From NCBI GenBank assembly GCA_944323535.1, contig CALUSW010000001.1, positions 7,300 to 71,299 of the forward strand: DNA of 64,000 nucleotides, in the 5' to 3' direction. Of the stretch, positions 43,975-52,648 are shown in pieces. The stretch's first letter is position 1; each line of letters begins with the position of its first letter. This DNA is from Candidatus Gastranaerophilales bacterium. Its GTDB lineage: Bacteria; Cyanobacteriota; Vampirovibrionia; Gastranaerophilales; Gastranaerophilaceae. A program made the position numbers and the translations under genes. Below the pieces are notes generated by a model, which was not told the DNA's origin, did not search any database, and saw only the letters and a list, made by a program, of their open reading frames with translations.

Positions 43975-44415
43975 TTAACCGACACCGTTGAATTTCGGGG
44001 TAGCTCTGTCTATAGCACTTCCTTCTGCTTCTTCTACTGCTTCCAGTTGTTTTTGGAGGGTAGTAACCATAGTATCAAGCCTTTTAACTTCCATTTCTAT
44101 GGCATTTTCTTTGACGGAGACCTGGTAAATTTCTCTGTTAATCTGGTCAACTTCAGCTTCAAATTCAGCCTGTTTTTGGTTAATAGAAGCATTTATGGTG
44201 TCTCTCATTCCTGAATCTGCACTTGCCAAATCTGCATATAAGGCTGCGAGTTCATTTGATTGAGAAGCATTCATACTGGTTAATTGCTGCTGCAGACTCA
44301 GAGTCTGGGTAGCCAGAGCATATTGCTCATTGGATCTTTGTGTCTGTTGCAATTGTGCATTGTTGAGCTGTCCGTCAAGTACTAATTTTCTTTGTGCAAA
44401 TAATGCGTAACCCAT
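43975..44415 (-). CDS. Hypothetical Gln-rich coiled-coil protein (146 aa)
   Basis: Heptad-like, Q/L/E-rich sequence throughout with no TM or signal peptide. The gene is visibly more GC-rich than its surroundings. Confidence 0.65.
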   Translation of the reverse strand: MGYALFAQRKLVLDGQLNNAQLQQTQRSNEQYALATQTLSLQQQLTSMNASQSNELAALYADLASADSGMRDTINASINQKQAEFEAEVDQINREIYQVSVKENAIEMEVKRLDTMVTTLQKQLEAVEEAEGSAIDRATPKFNGVG

Positions 44416-44489
44416 CTTAATTTCCCCGGTCTTTTTCTCTTATATACATGAAAACTTTTCGTTTTTAATTCATGACTTTTTGAGAAAAG

Positions 44490-44510
44490 TTTGTTACAAT
44501 TTTGTTACAA
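44490..44510. promoter_or_regulatory. Tandem direct repeat TTTGTTACAA x2 (11-nt period) containing TGTTACAAT
   Basis: 44490-44499 and 44501-44510 are identical. TGTTACAAT (44492-44500) is identical to the extended -10 at 41558-41566. It lies in the 5' region of the coiled-coil gene but reads as a plus-strand -10. Confidence 0.3.
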
Positions 44511-44602
44511 ATTTTATTTCAATAGTATATACTTTTTGCATGTTTTTTATAAAAAATATACCCAAAAAATAAATCTGAATTGTCTAAAGACCACTTAAAT
44601 CA

Positions 44603-44956
44603 TTATCTTGAGGATAATAAAGAACTCAAAGAAAGACTAATAGTTTTAAAATCGGAATTAACAGAGTCAGGTTTTGCTACACATATAACAGATAAATATT
44701 TATGTATGTTTTCAGCTTCAGAGTTTTTCAATATCAAGCGAAAACTTTCACGCATTAATCTTTTAATTCTGTTTCTGACAACAGCGCGTTTATGAATTTT
44801 CTTGCTTACAACAAAGGCAATTTTTGTATTTATATCAGGTGATTGTTTTTCTTTGCCGAAATAAATACACATATTAGAATCGGAAACCGTATGTTTTAGC
44901 TTATAAGTAGCAACAAATGCTTTATAATTTTTTAAGCGATATTTTTTTTTTAGCAT
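44603..44956 (-). CDS. rnpA: Ribonuclease P protein component
   Basis: KKIHKRAVVRNRIKRLMRESFR (RNR motif). Located downstream of rpmH. Start taken at MLKKKYRL (44956). Confidence 0.85.
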   Translation of the reverse strand: MLKKKYRLKNYKAFVATYKLKHTVSDSNMCIYFGKEKQSPDINTKIAFVVSKKIHKRAVVRNRIKRLMRESFRLILKNSEAENIHKYLSVICVAKPDSVNSDFKTISLSLSSLLSSR

Positions 44957-44970
44957 TATAAACCTTAAAA

Positions 44971-44992
44971 AGGACTGCTTCAAAGCAGTCCT
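44971..44992 (-). terminator. Hairpin between rpmH and rnpA (attenuator or partial terminator)
   Basis: AGGACTGC / GCAGTCCT stem; on the minus strand it is followed by TTTTAAGG. Confidence 0.45.
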
Positions 44993-45022
44993 AAATTATT
45001 TATTATTTAGCTGCCGTTAGAA

Positions 45023-45175
45023 TTATGCTCTTTCTTTAGCTGTAATAGCTATTTTATGACGGCCTTTAGCTCTTCTTCTGTTCAAAACTTCTCTGCCGCC
45101 TGCAGTAGCCATACGAGCTCTGAAACCGCTGACATTTTGTCTTTTTCTTTTTGTACCTTCAAGTGTACGTCTCAT
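45023..45175 (-). CDS. rpmH: 50S ribosomal protein L34 (not in the ORF track)
   Basis: Translation [50 protein letters not shown] matches the L34 consensus (KRT.Q.S.RKR...HGFR.RM.T..GR.VL..RR.KGR). Confidence 0.9.
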   Translation of the reverse strand: MRRTLEGTKRKRQNVSGFRARMATAGGREVLNRRRAKGRHKIAITAKERA

Positions 45176-45267
45176 TTTATTTCTCCTTGAATGTGATATT
45201 TTTCGTTATATCATAATAAATAAGACATAATTTAAAGTCAATCATAAAGAAAAAAAGGTTAAATAAT

Positions 45268-46071
45268 ATGAACAAAATAGGTTTTATAGGCGGCGGTAAA
45301 ATGGCTTGCGCTATTATAAGAGGAATTATAAATTCTAATTGGTGCAGAAAAGAAGAGATAATTGTTTCTGACAGAAATGAAGAAACTCTTAATAATTTAA
45401 AGAAAAATTTTGATATTAATATAACAACAGACAATAAACAAATTGTTCAAAATGCGAAAATTATACTGCTGGCGGTAAAACCTTTTGTATTAAGAGATGT
45501 ACTTGAAGAGATAAAACCATATATTACGGATAATCATGTTGTACTTTCAATAGCTGCAGGAATTTCAATAAATACAATAGAGAATGTTTTAGGGAAAATT
45601 CCGGTAATAAGAATAATGCCTAATACTCCGGCTCTTGTTAATGAAGGGATGAGTGCGGTATGTAAAGGCACTTATGCCGGTGGAAAGGATGTATTAGCTG
45701 CTAAAAGTATATTTAGCAGTATCGGAAAGGTTATAACTTCGGAAGAAAAATATATAGATATTATAACTGCTATATCCGGCAGCGGTCCTGCTTTTTATTA
45801 TTATATTATCGATGAAATTGCAAAAGCCGGAGAAAAACTCGGACTTGATTATCAGACTTGTCTGAAACTTTCGGCACAAACAGCGTTTGGATCTGCAAAA
45901 ATGATTATGGAATCAGGAATTGCTCCAGAACAATTAATTATAAATGTAACTACGCCCGGCGGATGTACAGCTGTCGGGAACGAGGTATTACAAGAAAAGA
46001 ATATTTCGGATATACTTTTTGAAACTATTGATAAAACAGCAAAAAAGGCATTTGAACTCGGAAAAAAATAA
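45268..46071 (+). CDS. proC: Pyrroline-5-carboxylate reductase
   Basis: IGFIGGGKMA, AVKP, RIMPNTPALV, SGSGPAF, TTPGGCT. Confidence 0.9.
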   Translation: MNKIGFIGGGKMACAIIRGIINSNWCRKEEIIVSDRNEETLNNLKKNFDINITTDNKQIVQNAKIILLAVKPFVLRDVLEEIKPYITDNHVVLSIAAGISINTIENVLGKIPVIRIMPNTPALVNEGMSAVCKGTYAGGKDVLAAKSIFSSIGKVITSEEKYIDIITAISGSGPAFYYYIIDEIAKAGEKLGLDYQTCLKLSAQTAFGSAKMIMESGIAPEQLIINVTTPGGCTAVGNEVLQEKNISDILFETIDKTAKKAFELGKK

Positions 46072-46083
46072 AGGAAATTTTTT

Positions 46084-47619
46084 ATGGTAAAAAGAGCATT
46101 GATAAGCGTGTGGAATAAAGATAAACTTGTTGAATTTGCGCAGGAACTTATAGAAAAATATAATTATGAAATAATAGCAACCGGTTCAACATATGATTTG
46201 TTGAAAGAAAATAAAATAAATGCAAAGGAGATAACGGAGATTACCGGTAAAAGACAATTAATTAACGGGAAAGTAAAAACGCTTTATCCTGATATTTTTG
46301 CAGGTATTCTTGCTGATATGTCAAATGCTGAAGAAAAAGATGAAATTGAAAAAAACGATATTAAATTATTTGATATGGTTGTTGTAAATTTTTATCCTTT
46401 TGAAGAAGCGGCGGATAAAAAAGTTATGGAACAGGAGTTAATTAATACAATTGATATCGGAGGGCCTTCAATGCTGAGAGCGGCTGCAAAAAACTGCAGA
46501 AGAGTTCTTGCTGTTTCATCTCCCTCTCAATACAGACAGGTTCTCGAAGATTTAAAAGAACATAACGGAGAATCTTCTTTGGCTCTAAGACGGGCATGTG
46601 CATTGAAAGTATTTGAAAAAACTCTCGATTTTGACTCGAAAATATTAAGTGAACTATCAAATCGTTTTGAAGAAGATACGGATAATTATTTTTCTTTAAA
46701 TATAAAAAAGGCAAAGAATTTAAGATACGGTGAAAATCCCCACCAGAAAGCAAATATATATTATACAAACAATACAATTGATTATGCAATTTTGAACGGT
46801 AAAGAGCTTTCTTATAATAATATATTGGATGCGGCAGCCTGTACAAATATTTTAAGCGAGTTTTATGATGTTAATGCCTGCACAATTATAAAACATAATA
46901 CTCCCTGCGGGGCAGCGCTCGGCAAAGATATAGAGGAGGCCTGGACAAAAGCACTTGACTGTGATCCTTTAAGCGCATTTGGCGGAATTGTCGGATTTAC
47001 ACAAACAGTTACGGAAAATCTTGCTAAACAATTAACTTCTATGTTTCTGGAAGTAATTATTGCTCCGGATTATAATCCTAAAGCACTTGAAATATTAAAA
47101 ACCAAGAAAAATTTAAGGGTTATAAAATTAAATACATCGCTTATAGAATACAAAAATCATTTAACGGAAGAAATAAGAATTACCCCTTTCGGAACTTTAA
47201 TTCAATCAGCAGATAAAGGAGAATTAAACAAAGACAGCTTTAAGGTTGTAACAAAAACGAAACCGACAGCGGAAATGATAGAAGATATGATTTTTGCCTG
47301 GAAGATAGTAAAACATGCAAAATCAAATGCAATAGTAATAGCGAAGGATTTTAAAGTACTTGGTATAGGGCAGGGGCAGACCAGCAGGGTTGATGCTGTT
47401 GAAATTGCTTTAAATAAAGCATGCGACGGTTCTAAAGATGCTGTATTGGCATCAGACGGATTTTTCCCGGCAATTGATAATATACAATTTGCGGCACAGG
47501 GCAGAATTGCAGCTATAATACAACCCGGCGGCAGCATAAAAGATGAGGAAGTTGTTAAAACTGCCGATAAATATAATATTGCAATGATTACAACAGGGAT
47601 GAGACATTTTAAGCATTAA
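46084..47619 (+). CDS. purH: Bifunctional IMP cyclohydrolase / AICAR formyltransferase
   Basis: RALISVWNKDKLVEFA, TGST, VVNFYPF, IDIGGPSMLRAAAKN, GENPHQ, GIGQGQTSRVD, IQPGGSIKDEE. Confidence 0.97.
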   Translation: MVKRALISVWNKDKLVEFAQELIEKYNYEIIATGSTYDLLKENKINAKEITEITGKRQLINGKVKTLYPDIFAGILADMSNAEEKDEIEKNDIKLFDMVVVNFYPFEEAADKKVMEQELINTIDIGGPSMLRAAAKNCRRVLAVSSPSQYRQVLEDLKEHNGESSLALRRACALKVFEKTLDFDSKILSELSNRFEEDTDNYFSLNIKKAKNLRYGENPHQKANIYYTNNTIDYAILNGKELSYNNILDAAACTNILSEFYDVNACTIIKHNTPCGAALGKDIEEAWTKALDCDPLSAFGGIVGFTQTVTENLAKQLTSMFLEVIIAPDYNPKALEILKTKKNLRVIKLNTSLIEYKNHLTEEIRITPFGTLIQSADKGELNKDSFKVVTKTKPTAEMIEDMIFAWKIVKHAKSNAIVIAKDFKVLGIGQGQTSRVDAVEIALNKACDGSKDAVLASDGFFPAIDNIQFAAQGRIAAIIQPGGSIKDEEVVKTADKYNIAMITTGMRHFKH

Positions 47620-47620
47620 T

Positions 47621-48781
47621 ATGGAACAAAAACAAAATAAAAAAATAATAAAAACGCTTGCATTAGGACATTTTATAACTGATGCATATTCGGGTTTTTT
47701 AAATCCGATAATGCCTTTTATTGCGGCAAAAATCGGAATAAGCATGGCTGTTGCGGCTTTATTGATTTCGTTTTCTAATCTGACATCAAATCTTTCTCAG
47801 CCGTTTTTCGGGTTTATAGCAGATAAATGGCAAAGGAGATTTTTCATTTTCTGGGGAATAATAATGGCTTCCGTCTTTTTATCTTTTCTTGGTATTGCTC
47901 ATAATATATATTCTTTAATATTATGCTTAATTTTAGGACATATGGGAGTTTCTTTTTTTCATCCACAGGCAACCAGTATAGTTTCTCATTATTCAAAATG
48001 CCTTGCGGACAGTAAAGATATGAGTATTTTTATTGCAATGGGTACTATAGGATTTTCTTTAGGACCTGCAATTTCATCAGGCATAGCTGAAATTTGGGGG
48101 CTTGAAAAGCTTCCTTATGCGTGTTTTGCCGGAATAATTACGGCTTATGTAATACTTAAAATTGTACCTAAAATACAAAAAAATACGGAAGAGGGAAAAA
48201 AAGTTTCTTTGTTGGGTTCTATTAAGAAGATATTTTCGAATAAACCTGTATCAATTCTTGTATGGGCATCTATAGTAAAATCCTTTGTGGTATCTTCTTT
48301 TTCGATTATGCTTCCTTTTTACTGGAAAGCCCAGAATTATAGTGTATCAAAAATAGGGATTATATTATTCTGTTTCTTAATCAGCGGCGCATTCGGGGTA
48401 TTTACAAGTCCGTTTGCAGAAAAAAAACTCGGAATAAGAAATGTCTTTTATCTTTCGCTTGTTACGGTTCTTCCTTTAGGTGTTATTTTCTATATATTCC
48501 ATAATAATGTTATAGGACTCACAGCGTTTATATTAATAGGATATGTCAGTTTTCTTGCTGTTCCTGTTAATATGTCGCTTGCACAAAGACTAATGCCCGA
48601 ATTTAAAAGCATGATAGCCGGTTTTATCGGCGGATTCAGCTGGGGAGTTATAGGACTTATTCTGCCTTTAATAAGTGTTATTGCAGAAAACTGCGGAATA
48701 ATGAAAATTCTTTTAATTATTTCATTTATTCCGGTTTTGTTCTCTTATTTTATTAAATATATTCCGGAAAGAACTGTTTGA
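47621..48781 (+). CDS. MFS transporter
   Basis: About 12 hydrophobic segments and an FGFIADKWQRR-type loop 2-3 motif. Confidence 0.85.
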   Translation: MEQKQNKKIIKTLALGHFITDAYSGFLNPIMPFIAAKIGISMAVAALLISFSNLTSNLSQPFFGFIADKWQRRFFIFWGIIMASVFLSFLGIAHNIYSLILCLILGHMGVSFFHPQATSIVSHYSKCLADSKDMSIFIAMGTIGFSLGPAISSGIAEIWGLEKLPYACFAGIITAYVILKIVPKIQKNTEEGKKVSLLGSIKKIFSNKPVSILVWASIVKSFVVSSFSIMLPFYWKAQNYSVSKIGIILFCFLISGAFGVFTSPFAEKKLGIRNVFYLSLVTVLPLGVIFYIFHNNVIGLTAFILIGYVSFLAVPVNMSLAQRLMPEFKSMIAGFIGGFSWGVIGLILPLISVIAENCGIMKILLIISFIPVLFSYFIKYIPERTV

Positions 48782-48790
48782 TAATTTATA

Positions 48791-49444
48791 CTATGTATTG
48801 GTATTAACAGTATTTGCAGCAGTATCCGTATATTGTTTTATTTGTGCATCATAGAGTTTTCTTTTGGCTGCATTCCATAAAGCTCTTCTTTGATAGTCTT
48901 TACAATCTTTTAACTGTTCCGGAGTATCTGTTTCATGAGAAGCGCATATTCTTTCCATTAAGTTAATTCTGTTATAAAATTTGCGGTTTGTAGCGCGGAA
49001 GGCATCTTCCGGATTAATTCCGGAATCTTTGGCTATACTTGCTGCAGTATAGAAAATGTCGCCCATTTCTTCTTCCATATGGTCATAATTCTGACTTGTT
49101 CTATCCTGTTGATACTCTCTTCTTGCAACATTGAATTCTTCAATTTCTTCCATTAGACAATCATTCCAGGCTTCCTGTGTCTTTACAAAATTAATGCTTC
49201 TTGTTACATCATCTATTTTATTGAAACAATCAAATACATTTCTATTGCTTGGATTAATTCCCTTCATCAAGGCTAAAGGCGGAATAGTTGCCATCTTTGT
49301 GTATGCAAACGGTTCTAATAATTGTTTTATATCCTTTTCCGGGCGGGAAATGTTATTATTTTTACTTTTTTGTAATGATGTTCTGCTTCGTTTTCCGGTC
49401 ATTGGAATTGTATATTTATTATATAAATTTAAACCTACCCTCAT
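48791..49444 (-). CDS. MazG-like nucleotide pyrophosphohydrolase domain protein with a basic N-terminal extension
   Basis: LMEEIEEF...EEEMGDIFYTAASIAKDSGINPEDAF..TNRKFYNR fits the MazG EExxE...ExxD helix pair. The N-terminal roughly 90 aa are unassigned. Confidence 0.7.
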   Translation of the reverse strand: MRVGLNLYNKYTIPMTGKRSRTSLQKSKNNNISRPEKDIKQLLEPFAYTKMATIPPLALMKGINPSNRNVFDCFNKIDDVTRSINFVKTQEAWNDCLMEEIEEFNVARREYQQDRTSQNYDHMEEEMGDIFYTAASIAKDSGINPEDAFRATNRKFYNRINLMERICASHETDTPEQLKDCKDYQRRALWNAAKRKLYDAQIKQYTDTAANTVNTNT

Positions 49445-49498
49445 GTCATTTCTCCTTTATTTGAATTATAAAAATTCTAAAAAAATTTTTTGCCTAAA

Positions 49499-49536
49499 AA
49501 ATAAATACCCGATTTTCGGGTATTTATTTTTGTTTT
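49499..49536 (-). terminator. Intrinsic terminator after the repeat-protein gene
   Basis: AAATAAATACCCGA / TCGGGTATTTATTT hairpin flanked by A/T runs. Confidence 0.7.
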
Positions 49537-49537
49537 T

Positions 49538-51001
49538 TTATATTTCAGGTTCTTCTTCTTCAACAATGACATCTTCAAATGGATTTTCTTCACAGGATGT
49601 GTCTTCAGGAATATCAGGAGATGAATCTGTTGGCTGATCGGGTGAAGGCTCTGTAGTTGAAGTTGTCGGATCAGGTTCAACCGATGGAGTTGGTTCTGAT
49701 GTTGGTGAAGGTTCAACAGGATCTGTTGTCGGTTCATTTGTTGGGGTAAATGTCGGTTCAACAGGAGGAATATCTTCTGCACCGTCTGTTGGTTCTAAAG
49801 TTGGCATTGTTGTTGGTGTTGTATCAACAGTGGGTTCATCCGGAGTTGTGTCAACAGTCGGAGTTGTATCAATTGTTGGTTCGTCCGGTGTTGTGTCAAC
49901 AGTCGGTGTTGTATCAATCGTGGGTTCATCCGGAGTTGTATCAACAGTCGGGGTCGTATCAATCGTGGGTTCATCCGGAGTTGTGTCAACAGTCGGGGTT
50001 GTATCAACAGTGGGTTCATCCGGAGTTGTATCAACAGTCGGGGTTGTATCAACAGTGGGTTCATCCGGAGTTGTGTCAACAGTCGGGGTTGTATCAACAG
50101 TGGGTTCATCCGGAGTTGTGTCAACAGTTGGTGTTGTATCAACAGTGGGTTCATCCGGAGTTGTATCAACAGTCGGGGTTGTATCTACCGTGGGCTCACA
50201 TTCACATTCTCTTGTGTATTCAAAATCGGGAAGAATTATTTTATCGCCGGTATATAAAACTGCATTATGTCTCCCTGTCCCGCCGACTTCCGTTCTCCAG
50301 CCGCCATCTTCTGTTCCGTATATGTCAGGGTTAGCATCCATTACGGCTTTTTCAAGTGCATAGTATTCATCACTGTACATTTCTATACCCATTGCATCAA
50401 GATCATAGCTGTTTGAAATAATTCTCGTTAAACAGTTATTGACATCATTATCCTCTGCCGGATTTACCCAGGTCTCAACGTTAACATATTTATTTCCGTC
50501 ATCATCGACTTTAATTCTATCATCATCCTGAAAAACAGCTGATACAGTTTCCATTGTACCATCCTGACAACCGCAGTCACAATCTGACGGACAACCACAT
50601 GTAGGTTCTGTCGACTCGGTTTCATCTGACAATGATTCTATGAAGGCTTTTATATCTTCACTTTCTATTGCATTACCGTCGCCATGCATAAAAGATAAAT
50701 ATTCAAGTTCGTCTCCGGATAATGATTCATCTCCGTCCAGCTGGCTTAAAACGTCATATATTAAACCTAATTCTTCTTTTGTATAAGGATTATCGGCATC
50801 TGAGTCATATAGCGTATTTACGAAACCATTACGATTCATAAGTGTTTCGTTATATCCGTCATCTGTTTCATTATTCCAGATAGATGTATTGTTAACGGTT
50901 TTATTTTCATCTGAATTCTCAAATGTATTTTTTGCTTCATTTAACAATGAAGGATCAACATTCTTTAATATTTCAGCTTTTGAGTTTAAACTAAAATCCA
51001 T
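49538..51001 (-). CDS. Highly acidic Thr/Pro/Asp-rich protein with 15-aa tandem repeats and a LysM-like segment; no signal peptide seen
   Basis: Start at ATG 51001 (AGGAG 8 nt upstream). The N-terminal half has DGDESLSGDELEYL (Ca-binding-like), a CGCPSDCDCGC cluster and LYTGDKIILP (LysM-like end), then (PTVDTTPTVDTTPDE)x8.5 and a P/T/E-rich tail. Confidence 0.7.
   Translation of the reverse strand: MDFSLNSKAEILKNVDPSLLNEAKNTFENSDENKTVNNTSIWNNETDDGYNETLMNRNGFVNTLYDSDADNPYTKEELGLIYDVLSQLDGDESLSGDELEYLSFMHGDGNAIESEDIKAFIESLSDETESTEPTCGCPSDCDCGCQDGTMETVSAVFQDDDRIKVDDDGNKYVNVETWVNPAEDNDVNNCLTRIISNSYDLDAMGIEMYSDEYYALEKAVMDANPDIYGTEDGGWRTEVGGTGRHNAVLYTGDKIILPDFEYTRECECEPTVDTTPTVDTTPDEPTVDTTPTVDTTPDEPTVDTTPTVDTTPDEPTVDTTPTVDTTPDEPTVDTTPTVDTTPDEPTIDTTPTVDTTPDEPTIDTTPTVDTTPDEPTIDTTPTVDTTPDEPTVDTTPTTMPTLEPTDGAEDIPPVEPTFTPTNEPTTDPVEPSPTSEPTPSVEPDPTTSTTEPSPDQPTDSSPDIPEDTSCEENPFEDVIVEEEEPEI
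49808..50194. repeat. In-frame tandem repeat, 45-bp unit x about 8.5, near-identical copies
   Basis: Directly visible periodicity; units differ only by a few substitutions (for example PTVD vs PTID). Confidence 0.95.
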
Positions 51002-51165
51002 ACATAACACTCCTATTTTATATCTATAATTCTTTTTTATCGGCAATCAATTTATAATCTTTAATAAAAATATTTTTCTTGTTAAGATTTGTAAAATATA
51101 AATTATTTTTTATCAATCCGAAAATGTCTTTCAACTTCTATAAAAATGTAAGAAGGTAGGTATTT

Positions 51166-52053
51166 ATGAATTTAGCAGCAATTTCGTTTAAAGGTAGTGA
51201 TGATATAAATATTCCGTCATGGGTAAACAGACCATATAATGAAAGAAGAAGACAGACAGCGTCAACATTGGAAAGACAGCCGCAGAAAGATGAATTTAAT
51301 CCGCGGACAAATAAGGGAAGACGTAGAAATGATAAACATAAAAAGTCTATTCTTTCCAGACTGCCTGTTCCGGTAAGAACATTCGCGGCAGGAATGGCTT
51401 TAACACTGGCTGCTCAAGGTGCATACGGAATGATAAATCAGCCTAATATGCCGAATATGGTGTATGTTCCTTTTGATTCTCAAACTACATCTATAGAACA
51501 ACTTGCAGAAATTTATGATACTGATGTTGATTTTATTTTAGAATATAATAATATTTCCGATGAAAATGACCTGAATGGATTGACAGAAATTCAGATTCCA
51601 TCCGGATATGATTATTTAGATACAGAAATTAACAGACTTCAAGACAAATTATATTCCACAGATATATCTGAAGAAGAAAGAGCAGGAATAGAAGAACAAA
51701 TACAAGCGCTGATTGCTAAGCAGGAATTGCAGCATTATGTCGCAAATGTATATTCTGACGGAGAATATGTGTACTATTCGATTATCTCTCCTTCTGAAGA
51801 TGCGCCTGAAGAGTTCAAAGATAAATACAAACACGGAATAAATGTAGAAACTTTTAAAGATTTATTCGATATAGAAGATAAGGCGATAAGAAGATATAAT
51901 GACATAGATTACAGCTGGGATACAGATGATCCTGAATACGGATATTACAAAGACTATACAACAGCATGGCTTCATAAAGGTGATGTTATAAAAGTTCCCG
52001 TTTCAGCTATTCAAACTGATAATATTAACCTGGATGATTTTATTACAGAATAA
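51166..52053 (+). CDS. Membrane-anchored acidic protein with LysM-like segments
   Basis: Basic N-terminus, one TM (VRTFAAGMALTLAAQGAYGM), LysM-like SIEQLAEIYDTDVDFILEYNNISDENDLNGLTEIQIP and C-terminal LHKGDVIKVP. Confidence 0.65.
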   Translation: MNLAAISFKGSDDINIPSWVNRPYNERRRQTASTLERQPQKDEFNPRTNKGRRRNDKHKKSILSRLPVPVRTFAAGMALTLAAQGAYGMINQPNMPNMVYVPFDSQTTSIEQLAEIYDTDVDFILEYNNISDENDLNGLTEIQIPSGYDYLDTEINRLQDKLYSTDISEEERAGIEEQIQALIAKQELQHYVANVYSDGEYVYYSIISPSEDAPEEFKDKYKHGINVETFKDLFDIEDKAIRRYNDIDYSWDTDDPEYGYYKDYTTAWLHKGDVIKVPVSAIQTDNINLDDFITE

Positions 52054-52648
52054 TGCTTCCCTGTCTTAAAACTTTTATTTCATTTTCTGTTGCATAAACA
52101 ACGGTTGATTCTATTCCCTTACAGCAATATCCGTAATCTTCAAAAATATAATCTGTAAAAGGTCCTATCGAAGTATAAGCTTCTTCATAAGTTTTAGAAG
52201 AAGGATGATTAGATAAATTAGCACTGGTGGTGGCAAGAACATGTCCTTGTATTTTAGAACAAAGCAATTTAAAAAAGTAATTATCAGGAATCCTTATTCC
52301 TATCGTATTCATCCCGGAAGTTATATAATCAGGAGTTTTTTCAGACTTTTCTGTAACTATGGTAAGAGCACCGGGAAAAAACTTTTCCATTAAGTTTTCA
52401 ACGGCAGGAGATATTGTTTTAACATACGGAAGCAGATATTTTGTATCATTAGACATTAAAATTAATGGTTTGGAGCGATCTCTGCCTTTAATTTCATATA
52501 TTCTATCGACTCCTTTTTTACTATCGGGCAGGCAGCCCAAACCCCATACGGTATCTGTGACAAACGCTATAACTCCGCCTGATTGTAATTTTTTATTCAA
52601 GTCATTAACAAACGAACTTTTGTTTAATATAATTTTTGATTCTTTCAA
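52043..52648 (-). CDS. tsaC: L-threonylcarbamoyladenylate synthase (TsaC/YrdC family)
   Basis: GGVIAFVTDTVWGLGC, IYEIKGRDRSKPL, GIRIPD, TSAN. Confidence 0.85.
   Translation of the reverse strand: MKESKIILNKSSFVNDLNKKLQSGGVIAFVTDTVWGLGCLPDSKKGVDRIYEIKGRDRSKPLILMSNDTKYLLPYVKTISPAVENLMEKFFPGALTIVTEKSEKTPDYITSGMNTIGIRIPDNYFFKLLCSKIQGHVLATTSANLSNHPSSKTYEEAYTSIGPFTDYIFEDYGYCCKGIESTVVYATENEIKVLRQGSIIL

Noticed and set aside
44580-44795. 71-aa plus-strand ORF (TTG start)
   Set aside because: It lies entirely antisense within rnpA, has no RBS and has low-complexity content typical of a shadow ORF.
49808-50194. A regular 45-bp periodicity that could be mistaken for a CRISPR array
   Set aside because: The units are contiguous with no unique spacers, lie in frame inside a long ORF and translate to a clean 15-aa peptide repeat. 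No cas genes or leader are nearby.
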